Source: Clostridia bacterium
GTDB lineage: Bacteria; Bacillota; Clostridia; Oscillospirales; CAG-382
Direction of reading: 5' to 3'
NCBI GenBank assembly: GCA_017397805.1
Contig: JAFQHW010000027.1
Coordinates: forward strand, 5,286-69,285
DNA length: 64,000 nt
In this document: in pieces, positions 8,944 through 17,846 of the stretch
How the letters are laid out: each line of letters begins with the position of its first letter
How positions within the stretch are numbered: position 1 is the stretch's first letter
The notes under the pieces: model-generated
The model's database searches: none
The model's input: only the letters and a program-made list of their open reading frames with translations
What the model was told of the DNA's origin: nothing
Translations under genes and position numbers: made by a program

Positions 8944-11900
8944 ATGCGTAAATTTATATCTCTATTTTTGGTAGCAGCTCTTTGTATGGGACTTTGCACG
9001 TTTGTTGCGGGTGCTGATAACAACGGCGTTCACGATGAACCTGTTTACGATGAATATGTTTCTGAAGAGTCCTATGAAGAAATTTCCTACGAAATCTCCG
9101 ACGAAGAAATTCCCGAAGATTGTCCCGTAACCCCGTCAGACGATAACCTTGCAGCAGGCAAAGATTACACTATCACTACAGATGACGAGCGGCTTGCATA
9201 CAACGGTATTTTGGAAGACGGCATTAACCCCGGTAATGACGGCATGTATTTGGGCCTCTATGAAGGTCAGGCGCTTCTTACTGACGGTAACTACCGTGTA
9301 GGTACCGAAGAAGCTCCTATTTACATGGATGCTGTTTCCGGCACCACCGTTGAATATGCCGGCTCTTACAGAGTTTATACTATAACCGTTGACATGGGTT
9401 CTGTTAACATCGTTTCTTCCGTTGTTTTCCGTGTGGCTCGGCTTTACGGTAACAGAATATTCAACGTAACATGCGTTAAGGTTTCCGAAGACGGTGTTAA
9501 CTATACAGCGGTTGATTTCACCAAGGTATTTGACGTTGTTGCCAACTCCCAACAGGGTGATGCAGCTTTATACACCGGTGAAGATCCTGATTTAAGAGAT
9601 GCTTTCTATGACGTAACCTCTTCTTTTGATGCTGTTAACGCTCAGTACGTTGCGGTAACGTTTGATACTTCCGTACCCGGCGAAGAATACGGTAATTTCT
9701 ACTGTAACATGGACACAGGCAGAGGCTACATCGCTTCCTTCGACGAAATCGAAATTTACGGTCCCGAAGCAAGCGGTGACGTTGAAGAGCCTCAGGAAGG
9801 ATTTTATTACACCTACGAAGGCACTCTTCCCGAATCCGACCACAATTATAAAAACAATGCCGACAAATATTGGTACGTTGAATGTGACGGTGCTTACGGC
9901 ATATCCGTGACCTTCTCCGAGGATACTTATTTTGAGAACTACTACGATTATCTGTATATTAACGGCACCGCTTATACCTATGATGATTTAGCAGGCAAAA
10001 CCGTTACCGTTTACAGCGATACTTTGACACTTAACTTAACGTCAGACGGTTCCGTTACCTATTACGGCTTTGCCGTAACCGAAATAAAGGCGTGCTTCTT
10101 GAGCGAAACCAACGATGTTAGCTGGAGCCTTCGCGTAGAAGGCTATGCCGGTGTTGAAGAAGTTTCCGAAGAACCCTCCGAAGAATCCGATTATCCCGAA
10201 GAATCCGATTATCCCGAAGAATCCGATTATCCCGAAGAATCCGATTATCCCGAAGAATCCGATTACCCCGAAGAATCCGATTACCCCGAAGAATCCGAAG
10301 AACCTTTTATGGGCGCAAGCGGCTTTTGGGGCACCTTGGTATGGGCACTTGACGAAAACGGCTTGCTTACCATCAGCGTTGACGAAGAATGCGCAGGAGA
10401 AGAACTTGGTTATATGCACGGAGTATATGATGGCGAGGCTTGGCGTGCATACATTAGCTATATCACAGCCGTGGTTATTGAAGACGGCGTTAAAAACATC
10501 GGCGATCATGCGTTTTGTTACTGCATAAACCTTAAAAGCATAACCATTCCCGACAGCGTAACAAACATTGGCTATCGTGCATTTTATGACTGCTACAGCC
10601 TTGAAAGCATAAACATAGACAACGAAAACGACGTATACGCTTCCGTAGACGGCGTGTTGTTTAACAAAGATAAAACCGAACTTATAACCTATCCTGCGGG
10701 AAAAGGTGATTCTTCATATACTATCCCCGCAGGCGTAACAAGCATCGGCGATTCTGCGTTTGCATACTGCTACAACCTTGAAAGCATAACCATCCCCGAT
10801 AGCGTAACGAGCATCGGCGATTATGCGTTTTATTACTGCACAAGCCTTGAAAGCGTTACCCTCGGCAACGGCGTTATAAGCATCGGCGATTATGCGTTTG
10901 GATGGTGCGAAAGCCTTGCCAGCATAACCATCCCCGACAGCGTAACGAGCATCGGCGATTATGCGTTTGATTGGTGCACAAACCTTGAGAGCGTAACCAT
11001 CCCCGACAGCGTAACAAGCATTGGTGATTCTGCATTTGAGTATTGTACAGGTCTTAGCACCGTTTATTACGGCGGCATTGAGGCACAATGGAATTCTATA
11101 GAAATCGGTTCTTACAACGAAGAATTAACCGATGCTGAGATTATATTCAATTACAAGACGCCCGATATACAGATAGATGAATCTGCAAACGTTGACGACT
11201 TTACCGCAGGTAATAATGTTGCCGAAGACGCTATGCTTGGCGCAACCGTAAACGGCGAAGCAGCACAGGACAGCGATAAGCTTACCGACGGCGCATACCG
11301 CGGTGACGGTGTACACGGCTGGGATGACGATAGCCTTGCTGCTGAGATAGTAGGCGCGGGTTCCACCGCAGAATACAGCTTCAACCTTGAAGCAAATACC
11401 GATAAGGTAACGTTAATTTTCCGTAACGTATATATCTTCGCCAACACCGACTTCGGTACGCTTTATCTAAAGGTTAACACGGGCGCAGGCATCATACCTT
11501 TAAGCACTTCAAACGGTGTACAGCTTACAAACGTACGTTGCATCCCCGTAGAGGGTGCAGACGGCTACTACGACGTGGTAGCAGAAGCAGAGGTGAACGG
11601 CGCAACCAAGCTTACCGTTACCTTGGTAACTGCAAAAACAAGCTGTCAATTCGACGAGATAGAACTTTACGTTGCAGAAGACGAATCCGGCAACGAATCC
11701 GAGTCCGAATCCGAATCCGAGTCTGAATCCGGTGACGAATCCGACGAGCCTGTGAACGTGCTTTACGGCGATGTAAACGGCGACGGTCAGATCAACTCCC
11801 TCGACGCGGCACAGGTGCTTAAGTACGATGCTATGCTGATCGAGCTTAACGAAAACGCGCTTAAGGCAGCAGACGTAAACGGCGACGGCTCGGTTAACTC

Positions 11901-11964
11901 CCTTGATGCAGCACAAATACTGAAGTATGATGCAATGATAATAACTGCTTTTTCTGTTGAGTAA
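8944..11964 (+). CDS. Secreted multidomain surface protein: signal peptide, discoidin-like domains, CUB-like module, ESDYPE repeats, BspA-type LRRs, C-terminal type I dockerin
   Basis: 1006 aa. The signal peptide is MRKFISLFLVAALCMGLCTFVAG. FDEIEIYG and FDEIELYV endings are typical of F5/8 type C domains. There are repeated ITIPDSVTSIGDYAF LRR units. The dockerin duplicate is GDVNGDGQINSLDAAQVLKYDA / ADVNGDGSVNSLDAAQILKYDA. Confidence 0.9.
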   Translation: MRKFISLFLVAALCMGLCTFVAGADNNGVHDEPVYDEYVSEESYEEISYEISDEEIPEDCPVTPSDDNLAAGKDYTITTDDERLAYNGILEDGINPGNDGMYLGLYEGQALLTDGNYRVGTEEAPIYMDAVSGTTVEYAGSYRVYTITVDMGSVNIVSSVVFRVARLYGNRIFNVTCVKVSEDGVNYTAVDFTKVFDVVANSQQGDAALYTGEDPDLRDAFYDVTSSFDAVNAQYVAVTFDTSVPGEEYGNFYCNMDTGRGYIASFDEIEIYGPEASGDVEEPQEGFYYTYEGTLPESDHNYKNNADKYWYVECDGAYGISVTFSEDTYFENYYDYLYINGTAYTYDDLAGKTVTVYSDTLTLNLTSDGSVTYYGFAVTEIKACFLSETNDVSWSLRVEGYAGVEEVSEEPSEESDYPEESDYPEESDYPEESDYPEESDYPEESDYPEESEEPFMGASGFWGTLVWALDENGLLTISVDEECAGEELGYMHGVYDGEAWRAYISYITAVVIEDGVKNIGDHAFCYCINLKSITIPDSVTNIGYRAFYDCYSLESINIDNENDVYASVDGVLFNKDKTELITYPAGKGDSSYTIPAGVTSIGDSAFAYCYNLESITIPDSVTSIGDYAFYYCTSLESVTLGNGVISIGDYAFGWCESLASITIPDSVTSIGDYAFDWCTNLESVTIPDSVTSIGDSAFEYCTGLSTVYYGGIEAQWNSIEIGSYNEELTDAEIIFNYKTPDIQIDESANVDDFTAGNNVAEDAMLGATVNGEAAQDSDKLTDGAYRGDGVHGWDDDSLAAEIVGAGSTAEYSFNLEANTDKVTLIFRNVYIFANTDFGTLYLKVNTGAGIIPLSTSNGVQLTNVRCIPVEGADGYYDVVAEAEVNGATKLTVTLVTAKTSCQFDEIELYVAEDESGNESESESESESESGDESDEPVNVLYGDVNGDGQINSLDAAQVLKYDAMLIELNENALKAADVNGDGSVNSLDAAQILKYDAMIITAFSVE
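10180..10296 (+). repeat. In-frame 18-bp tandem repeat (6 full units) encoding (ESDYPE)6
   Basis: GAAGAATCCGATTATCCC is repeated six times with only third-position T/C variation, followed by a partial unit. Confidence 0.95.
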
Positions 11965-12100
11965 GGCGCAAATGTCTACAATGGCAGTGAAAATCTTGGG
12001 CGATGCATTTATAAAAGTCAAAGGCGAGCAGTAAGAAACTAACAGCTTTTGTTCTGCATTGCCGTAAGTTACGACCTGAAAAATTGGTTATAACAAAACA

Positions 12101-12141
12101 AAGCTCCCTCGTTCATATAAACGGGGGAGCTTGTTTCGTTT
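12101..12141 (+). terminator. Rho-independent terminator for the 1006-aa protein gene
   Basis: Stem AAGCTCCC / GGGAGCTT followed by GTTTCGTTT. Confidence 0.6.
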
Positions 12142-12162
12142 GGCAGACTAAGAAATTTAAAG

Positions 12163-12197
12163 CAACAAAAAAGTCCTTGATGAAAATCAAGGACTTT
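12163..12197 (-). terminator. Rho-independent terminator directly after tRNA-Pro
   Basis: Minus-strand stem AAAGTCCTTGA / TCAAGGACTTT followed by TTTTTTGTTG, beginning 3 nt after the tRNA CCA end. Confidence 0.8.
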
Positions 12198-12200
12198 ATT

Positions 12201-12277
12201 TGGTCTGAGTGGCGGGACTTGAACCCACGGCCTCTACCACCCCAAGGTAGCGCGCTACCAAACTGCGCCACACCCAG
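12201..12277 (-). tRNA. tRNA-Pro (anticodon GGG), CCA encoded
   Basis: The reverse complement CTGGGTGTGGCGCAGTTTGGTAGCGCGCTACCTTGGGGTGGTAGAGGCCGTGGGTTCAAGTCCCGCCACTCAGACCA folds as a cloverleaf. The anticodon loop is TTGGGGT. Confidence 0.9.
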
Positions 12278-12308
12278 ATAACCGCAAAACCTTACGGCTG
12301 CGGGAGCT

Positions 12309-12337
12309 ATTATATCACTGTTTTAGTGTTTTGTCAA
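12309..12337 (-). promoter_or_regulatory. Consensus sigma-A promoter for tRNA-Pro
   Basis: Minus strand TTGACA (12337-12332), 17 nt, TATAAT (12314-12309). Confidence 0.75.
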
Positions 12338-12421
12338 TAGCTATTTTCAAGTTTTTAAAACTTTTTTGATTTTGCTGATTTTGTGTCTAAAAAGCACGAA
12401 TAAGTCTTGCGCGCCGACTCG

Positions 12422-14230
12422 TTAATTAAGGTCCATACCGCTTCCGATGGGATAAACGACGGCGTTAAGATCGAACTTGCCGTTTTCGTCCATTTCGGGC
12501 ACGTCGATGGTAAGTCTGCCCTTAGCCTTAGCTTTGCCGAGTATTACCTCAAAAGCGGCGGGGATGTTGGCGCCGTATGCCAAGGTGCTGTTTATATCGG
12601 CAACCACCGCACCGGGAACGGGCTTAGCGCAATAGCAAAGCACAAGACCGTCTGCATCTCTGTAAATACCGGCATCGTAGGGCATAAACGCGCTGACTAC
12701 AACGACTTTTTTGCCAACGGATTTTGCATAATCGCAAACGGCGCGAGGGAAGCTGATATACCAATTTGCGTGTGCCATGTTAGCTTCTGTTTCCGTTTCG
12801 ATTATGATATTGTCACAGCTATCAATAATTGCCTTAGCTTCGTCGTCTAGGACTTTTTTGTTAGCGTATATGTAAGGCGTATAATCTACGTTGGAAAGCT
12901 TTCCTTCGCTTTCAAGTCTTGCCAACGCAAGCTTAAACGCATTAACCTTGTTAGCGTATGCGGCAAATACCGCGGTTTTCTTCCCCTCGGTGCTTATGGG
13001 AAGCACGCCGTTGTTATTAAGCACGGTAACGCCTTCGGTACATATCATGCGCTCTGCGGCACGGTTAGCCTCACAGCCTACTTCTTTGAGTGCTGCCGCA
13101 ACTTTTTCTTCTACGCTGGTTTTGGGTGCATCGAACAGACCTAAAGCCTTCTTTACGTTGAGTATGCGCATAACGGACTCGTCGATTCTTGACATGGGGA
13201 TTCTTCCGTCCTCAACGGCGGTAACGATGTTGTCAATAAGCTTACCAAGCTTATCGTCATCCTTCAAGGAACGAAGGCTGGTGCACATAAGCAACATATC
13301 AACACCCGCGTTAATCGCAAGAACGTTTGCAAGCTCACTGCCTATATGGCTGGAGATAGCCTGCATCTGCATAGAGTCGGTGATAAGAACACCCTTAAAT
13401 CCAAGCTGGTCACGAAGTATATCCGTAAGGAATACTTTAGAAAGCGTTGCGGGAAGGGTCATCTCCTTCTTGTCCTGCTTGGAAATAACGGAAGCTTTTT
13501 CTATGTTGGGGAACTGTATATGACCGCTCATAATCATCATACAGTCATTCTTTATAGCATCGGCAAAGGGAACAACCTCAAAGTCCATAAGCTCCTCGTA
13601 AGTGGAGAATATGGCGGGTAGACCCGTATGAGAGTCAACGTTTGTGTTTCCGTGACCGGGGAAGTGCTTAGCGGTAGCGGCTACGCCGGCTGCCTGTAAG
13701 CCTTTTGCCATAGCGGTGCCGTATTCTGCGGTGATATTTTGGTCGGAGGAGTAGGAACGCACGTTGATAACGGGGTTGTTGGGGTTGTTGTTAATGTCAA
13801 CGGAAGGAGCAAAATCTACGTTTATACCGACTGCCGCCAGCTCCTTGCCCGTAATAAGACCTGCGGTATACGCATTTTCAACGCTTCCGGAAGCGGAAAG
13901 TGCCATATTACCGGGAAGGGAACAACCATGGCTCATTCTGACAACTCTGCCGCCTTCTTGGTCAACGCCGATAAGCATAGGAATATCGTTTTCAACGGAG
14001 TCTTGAAAAGCCGCATTAAGACGGGTAACCTGCTCGACGTTATCAAAATTCTCGGCAAACAGTATAACGTTACCCAATTTATGTTTTCTTATCATGCCTC
14101 TGACTTCGTCGGACATAACGTGATAGTCGGACTGCTTATCCTCGTTGCTGTTTTGCCACTTTCTGAAGTCAAACATCAGCATCTGACCGATTTTTTCTCT
14201 TAAACTAAGTCTTGCAAGTATTTTTTCCAC
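12422..14230 (-). CDS. Glycoside hydrolase family 3 protein (beta-N-acetylhexosaminidase / beta-glucosidase-like), cytoplasmic
   Basis: Motifs KIGQM, GVDQEGGRV, KHFPGHG and LITDSM. The likely start is GTG at 14230, preceded by GGAGG; the open frame itself extends to 14251. No signal peptide. Confidence 0.88.
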   Translation of the reverse strand: MEKILARLSLREKIGQMLMFDFRKWQNSNEDKQSDYHVMSDEVRGMIRKHKLGNVILFAENFDNVEQVTRLNAAFQDSVENDIPMLIGVDQEGGRVVRMSHGCSLPGNMALSASGSVENAYTAGLITGKELAAVGINVDFAPSVDINNNPNNPVINVRSYSSDQNITAEYGTAMAKGLQAAGVAATAKHFPGHGNTNVDSHTGLPAIFSTYEELMDFEVVPFADAIKNDCMMIMSGHIQFPNIEKASVISKQDKKEMTLPATLSKVFLTDILRDQLGFKGVLITDSMQMQAISSHIGSELANVLAINAGVDMLLMCTSLRSLKDDDKLGKLIDNIVTAVEDGRIPMSRIDESVMRILNVKKALGLFDAPKTSVEEKVAAALKEVGCEANRAAERMICTEGVTVLNNNGVLPISTEGKKTAVFAAYANKVNAFKLALARLESEGKLSNVDYTPYIYANKKVLDDEAKAIIDSCDNIIIETETEANMAHANWYISFPRAVCDYAKSVGKKVVVVSAFMPYDAGIYRDADGLVLCYCAKPVPGAVVADINSTLAYGANIPAAFEVILGKAKAKGRLTIDVPEMDENGKFDLNAVVYPIGSGMDLN

Positions 14231-14337
14231 GCTTGATACCTCCGTAAACAAGTAAAACTCAATACTTTATAAGCTCAATTAGTCTAACATAGAAGCGCCA
14301 AAAAGTCAAGCCAAAAAATTGTTGCATTATTAATTTG

Positions 14338-14366
14338 TTGACAAATTTGAAAGCGTGGTGTATATT
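14338..14366 (+). promoter_or_regulatory. Promoter for the PfkB-family gene
   Basis: TTGACA (14338-14343), 17 nt, TATATT (14361-14366). Confidence 0.6.
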
Positions 14367-14432
14367 ATATAATGTATAACAATCTGCACAATCAGGATGT
14401 TTATAATGCTTGTCAAAGCGGAGGTATGAAAT

Positions 14433-15350
14433 ATGAGGAATACAGTTCTTACTATAGGTCCCGCAACCATGGATGTGTTGCTTAACGTACCCTATGCACC
14501 AAACGGCGGCAGGACGGTTTTTTCAAAAGACAGATATTCCTTTACTCCCGGCGGCAACGGCGCATATACCGCCGTGGCTGTCAGCCGTTCGGATAGCAGT
14601 TCTACGCTCTTGACGCGAGTAGGCGAGGACGAGCAAGGGAGCAGAGTTGTTAGACATCTTATTGATGATAACGTTAACACTAATTACATAATCAAAGACC
14701 CCGTTAACCAAACGGGACTTTCGGTTTACCTTATCGAAGAATACGGCTTGGGAGGCAGTGCGAATTTTAAAGGTGCATCTGCAAAAATAAGCAGTGCCAA
14801 CGTAGAAAAAGCCTTTGACTGTATGCCCTTAATAGTTAACACTAATTTGGAGCTTGACGGCGAAGCGCTGAGATGTACCGCCGCCCTTTGCGAGGACAGC
14901 GGATTGCCTTTCATACTTGACGCTACAGGCGCTTATGAAAATACGCGGCTTTCTTCCCTTGTGGGTGATAACGTAATTATAGCGGGGGAAAAAGAGATAG
15001 AGGTGCTTACGGGCATAAGACCCGATTCCACTGAGAATTATTTGCGTGCCTGCATTAATCTTTTCGACAAAATGCCGTTGAGATTTGCGGTTTTAAAGCT
15101 TGGCAGACGCGGTGCCTATATTTACGACGGTAAATATTGTGAGCTTCTTATGTCGCCCGGTTTGCAAAGCGTTGATACCACTGCAGAGCATCAGTGCTTC
15201 GTTGGAGCGTTTTGCAGTGAGTTTATTCGAACCTACGAGGTGGATAAAGCGACCAAGTATGCCTTGGCGGCTTCAAGTATTTGTGCTTCCAAAGTGGGCG
15301 GTTTTGCATCTATACCCACGAGAACGGAGATAGAGAATATATTAAATTAA
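14433..15350 (+). CDS. PfkB/ribokinase-family carbohydrate kinase-like protein (non-canonical active-site motif)
   Basis: 305 aa with the ribokinase-fold motif TPGGNGAYTAVAVS. The DTTGAGD anion-hole/catalytic motif reads DTTAEHQ instead. Confidence 0.7.
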   Translation: MRNTVLTIGPATMDVLLNVPYAPNGGRTVFSKDRYSFTPGGNGAYTAVAVSRSDSSSTLLTRVGEDEQGSRVVRHLIDDNVNTNYIIKDPVNQTGLSVYLIEEYGLGGSANFKGASAKISSANVEKAFDCMPLIVNTNLELDGEALRCTAALCEDSGLPFILDATGAYENTRLSSLVGDNVIIAGEKEIEVLTGIRPDSTENYLRACINLFDKMPLRFAVLKLGRRGAYIYDGKYCELLMSPGLQSVDTTAEHQCFVGAFCSEFIRTYEVDKATKYALAASSICASKVGGFASIPTRTEIENILN

Positions 15351-15369
15351 TTTTTTCGGAGTGTATTTA

Positions 15370-16164
15370 ATGGCTAAAACTATCGGTATTTTTGATTCCG
15401 GTTTGGGTGGGCTTACGGCCGCCGCCGAGTTTGAAAAGCTGTTTAACGGAAAAAAGTATATATATTTCGGTGATACGGCAAGGGTGCCTTACGGTACGAA
15501 ATCTGCGGATACCATATGCCGCTACGCTTGTCAAGACACCAAATTTTTAATTGATAAAGGCGCTTCGCTTATAATAGTGGCTTGCGGTACCGTTAGTGCC
15601 AACGCTATAGACGAGCTGAAGAAGCGTTTTGACGTGCCCGTGATAGGCGTGGTTGAGCCGGCAGCGGAAAAAGCTGTGGAAATTGCCGCGGCGGGCAACG
15701 GAAGAATTACGGTGCTTGGCACTTCCGCTACGGTAAAAAGCGGTGCGTATGAACGTGCAATAAATAAAATAGATCCCAAAATCGAGGTTCGCTCCGTAGC
15801 GTGTCCCATGTTCGTTCCTTTGGTTGAAAACGGATATACCGAGGGGGAAGCGGCGGCATTGTTTGCAAGGGAGTATCTTGAGAACAGCGTTTCCTTCGGT
15901 GCAGATGCAGTTATTTTGGGATGCACACATTATCCGCATTTAAGCGGTGTAATAGGCGAAATTCTCCAAAGAAGTGTGCTGATAAATTCGGGTAAAGAGG
16001 CAGTCGTTGCCGCTAAGAAGTATTTACCTGCTCATATGGTCAGTGACGGTAACGGCGAGTTTTACGTAAGTGATGCGCCCGAAGCTTTTTCCAGACTTGC
16101 CCGCGTGTTTATGGGCAGGGAGGTAGCCGACGGAGTTAAGTGCATTGATATAGAAAGTTATTGA
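15370..16164 (+). CDS. murI: Glutamate racemase
   Basis: Motifs IGIFDSGLGGLT, IVACGT and LGCTHYP. The ATG at 15370 lies 9 nt after GGAG; the ORF track start at 15361 is a GTG. Confidence 0.95.
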   Translation: MAKTIGIFDSGLGGLTAAAEFEKLFNGKKYIYFGDTARVPYGTKSADTICRYACQDTKFLIDKGASLIIVACGTVSANAIDELKKRFDVPVIGVVEPAAEKAVEIAAAGNGRITVLGTSATVKSGAYERAINKIDPKIEVRSVACPMFVPLVENGYTEGEAAALFAREYLENSVSFGADAVILGCTHYPHLSGVIGEILQRSVLINSGKEAVVAAKKYLPAHMVSDGNGEFYVSDAPEAFSRLARVFMGREVADGVKCIDIESY

Positions 16165-16166
16165 TT

Positions 16167-16622
16167 ATGAGAGTTCCCGTTGAAATTTTTGTTACAAACA
16201 AAAGACTTAATTACAGAGATTTAAGCATGGTCAGCGACGCTCCGGAAGCTAAGGAGAGCACGAACAGCTTTTCCGGTTTTATGGACGTGAAAGGCGATAA
16301 TTGCCTTTTAGATTACGAGGAAGTGTTTGATGACGGTGAGGTTGCATCAACCACGGTTATGGTTAAGAACGGTTCTGCCCTTATCAGCCGCAGAGGTGAT
16401 ATAAACACCAACCTTGTGTTCATGCAAGGGGAAAGCTGTGACTGTGTATGCCATAACGGTTATCGCAATCTTAATTTGCGCGTAAACACTAAAAAGATAA
16501 AAAGCGACTTGTGTAGACTGGGCGGTAAGCTTAGCATTGACTACACCATAGAAATTATGGGCAATTTGGCGGAGAAAAACAGCTTTTGCGTTTCCGTTTG
16601 TCCGTCAGACAGTGTAAGCTGA
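16167..16622 (+). CDS. DUF1934-like (YwiB-type) beta-barrel protein
   Basis: About 151 aa. The size and alternating beta-strand pattern (LDYEE...TTVMVKNGSALISRRG...LSIDYTIE) resemble DUF1934. Assigned from memory only. Confidence 0.45.
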   Translation: MRVPVEIFVTNKRLNYRDLSMVSDAPEAKESTNSFSGFMDVKGDNCLLDYEEVFDDGEVASTTVMVKNGSALISRRGDINTNLVFMQGESCDCVCHNGYRNLNLRVNTKKIKSDLCRLGGKLSIDYTIEIMGNLAEKNSFCVSVCPSDSVS

Positions 16623-16634
16623 GAGGAGAAAGCC

Positions 16635-17834
16635 ATGGCTAAAATAAAACTTCTTGACGGCGCAATGGGTACCAATCTTATTGCGGCGGGTATGCCCAAG
16701 GGTACTTGTACCGAAAAATGGATACTTGAAAACAGCGATGTGGTTAAGAATTTGCAAAGCGAATATATAAACGGCGGCTCCGATATAATTTACGCTCCTA
16801 CCTTCGGTGCCAATTCTGCCGTGTTGGCTAGAGAGGGCGACCTTGACGTAAGCATCAACGGAAAGCTTGTAGCTTTAACGAAGGAGCTTGCTGATGGGAA
16901 AAACGTACTTGTGGCAGGGGACATATCTTCTACCGGCCTTATGCTAAAGCCCTACGGAAGCGCAAGCTTTGAAGACGTGGTTTCCGTTTTTGCAGAACAA
17001 GCGGCAGAGCTTGAAAAAGCGGGGGTGGATATGTTTGTGATTGAAACCTCTATCTCGTTAAAGGAAGCTACGGCGGCGTATTACGGTGTGCGAAGTGTTT
17101 CCCGAAAACCCGTATTCGTAACCTTTACCGTTGAAAACGGAAGCCGTACACTGTCCGGTGAGAGCGCAGAGGCTTGTGCGGTAGCTTTAGGCGCAAAAGG
17201 CGCTTGCGGTGTTGGTGTTAATTGCTCCGACGGCGGCAAAAACGTTTTGGAGTCCGTAAAGCGTATTGCCGCGTATTCGGACGTTGAGTTTATTATAGCA
17301 AAACCCAACGCAGGTCTTCCCACTGTGGAGGGCGACAAAATTACGTACAGCCAGAGTCCTGAGGAATTTGCTCTCTTTTGCAAGCAATTGGCGGCGGCGG
17401 GAGCTACTCATATCGGCGGTTGTTGCGGTACTACGCCCAAGCATATAGCCGCTTTGGGCAAGGATCTGCCCGACGTTGGCGAGAGGGCAAAAAAGAACGG
17501 AATATTTGCCACTGACAGCAGGGACGTTTTTGAGGTGACCGACAACATGGAGCTTCCCGAAAAAGTTGTGTGTGACGATTTCTTGCTCTTTAATCTGCCT
17601 GAGCCTGAGGAGGCTTCTTGCTTCAGGATTTACGTGGACGAAGATAGCTTTTCCGTCTTTGACGAAACACCGTTGACAGGCTTGCCCCTAGTTATCGACG
17701 GCAGCAGTTACGGTGCTGTTGAAAAGGCGTTGCGCGTATATTCGGGCAGAGCAATTCTTGATAGAGAAACGAACCTGAGCCGAGAGGAAAAACAAAAGCT
17801 CAGGGAAAACTACGGCGTAATTATTTTTGATTAA
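16635..17834 (+). CDS. Homocysteine S-methyltransferase domain protein (MetH N-terminal-module-like) with a C-terminal extension of about 110 aa
   Basis: 399 aa with LLDGAMGT, the zinc-binding GGCCGTTPKHI, and an internal Cys at NCS. Confidence 0.8.
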   Translation: MAKIKLLDGAMGTNLIAAGMPKGTCTEKWILENSDVVKNLQSEYINGGSDIIYAPTFGANSAVLAREGDLDVSINGKLVALTKELADGKNVLVAGDISSTGLMLKPYGSASFEDVVSVFAEQAAELEKAGVDMFVIETSISLKEATAAYYGVRSVSRKPVFVTFTVENGSRTLSGESAEACAVALGAKGACGVGVNCSDGGKNVLESVKRIAAYSDVEFIIAKPNAGLPTVEGDKITYSQSPEEFALFCKQLAAAGATHIGGCCGTTPKHIAALGKDLPDVGERAKKNGIFATDSRDVFEVTDNMELPEKVVCDDFLLFNLPEPEEASCFRIYVDEDSFSVFDETPLTGLPLVIDGSSYGAVEKALRVYSGRAILDRETNLSREEKQKLRENYGVIIFD

Positions 17835-17846
17835 GGATGTATAATT

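Noticed and set aside
10042-10528. ORFs with GFFGIIG and PKNPII repeats (155 aa minus, 127 aa plus)
   Set aside because: These are alternative frames of the 18-bp ESDYPE tandem repeat inside the 1006-aa gene, not independent genes.
10180-11100. Regularly spaced near-identical DNA units (18-bp repeats; 45-bp LRR units at about 69/138-bp period), considered as a possible CRISPR-like array
   Set aside because: The repeats are in-frame coding repeats (hexapeptide and BspA LRR). The sequences between them are themselves homologous, and no cas genes are present.
12891-13523. 210-aa ORF antisense to the GH3 gene. Similar antisense ORFs occur at 50776-51456 (tyrS), 62177-62689 (beta-helix gene), 22987-23349 and 26854-27234.
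   Set aside because: All lie wholly inside strong, motif-bearing genes on the other strand. They have Ser/Leu/Pro-rich shadow-frame composition.
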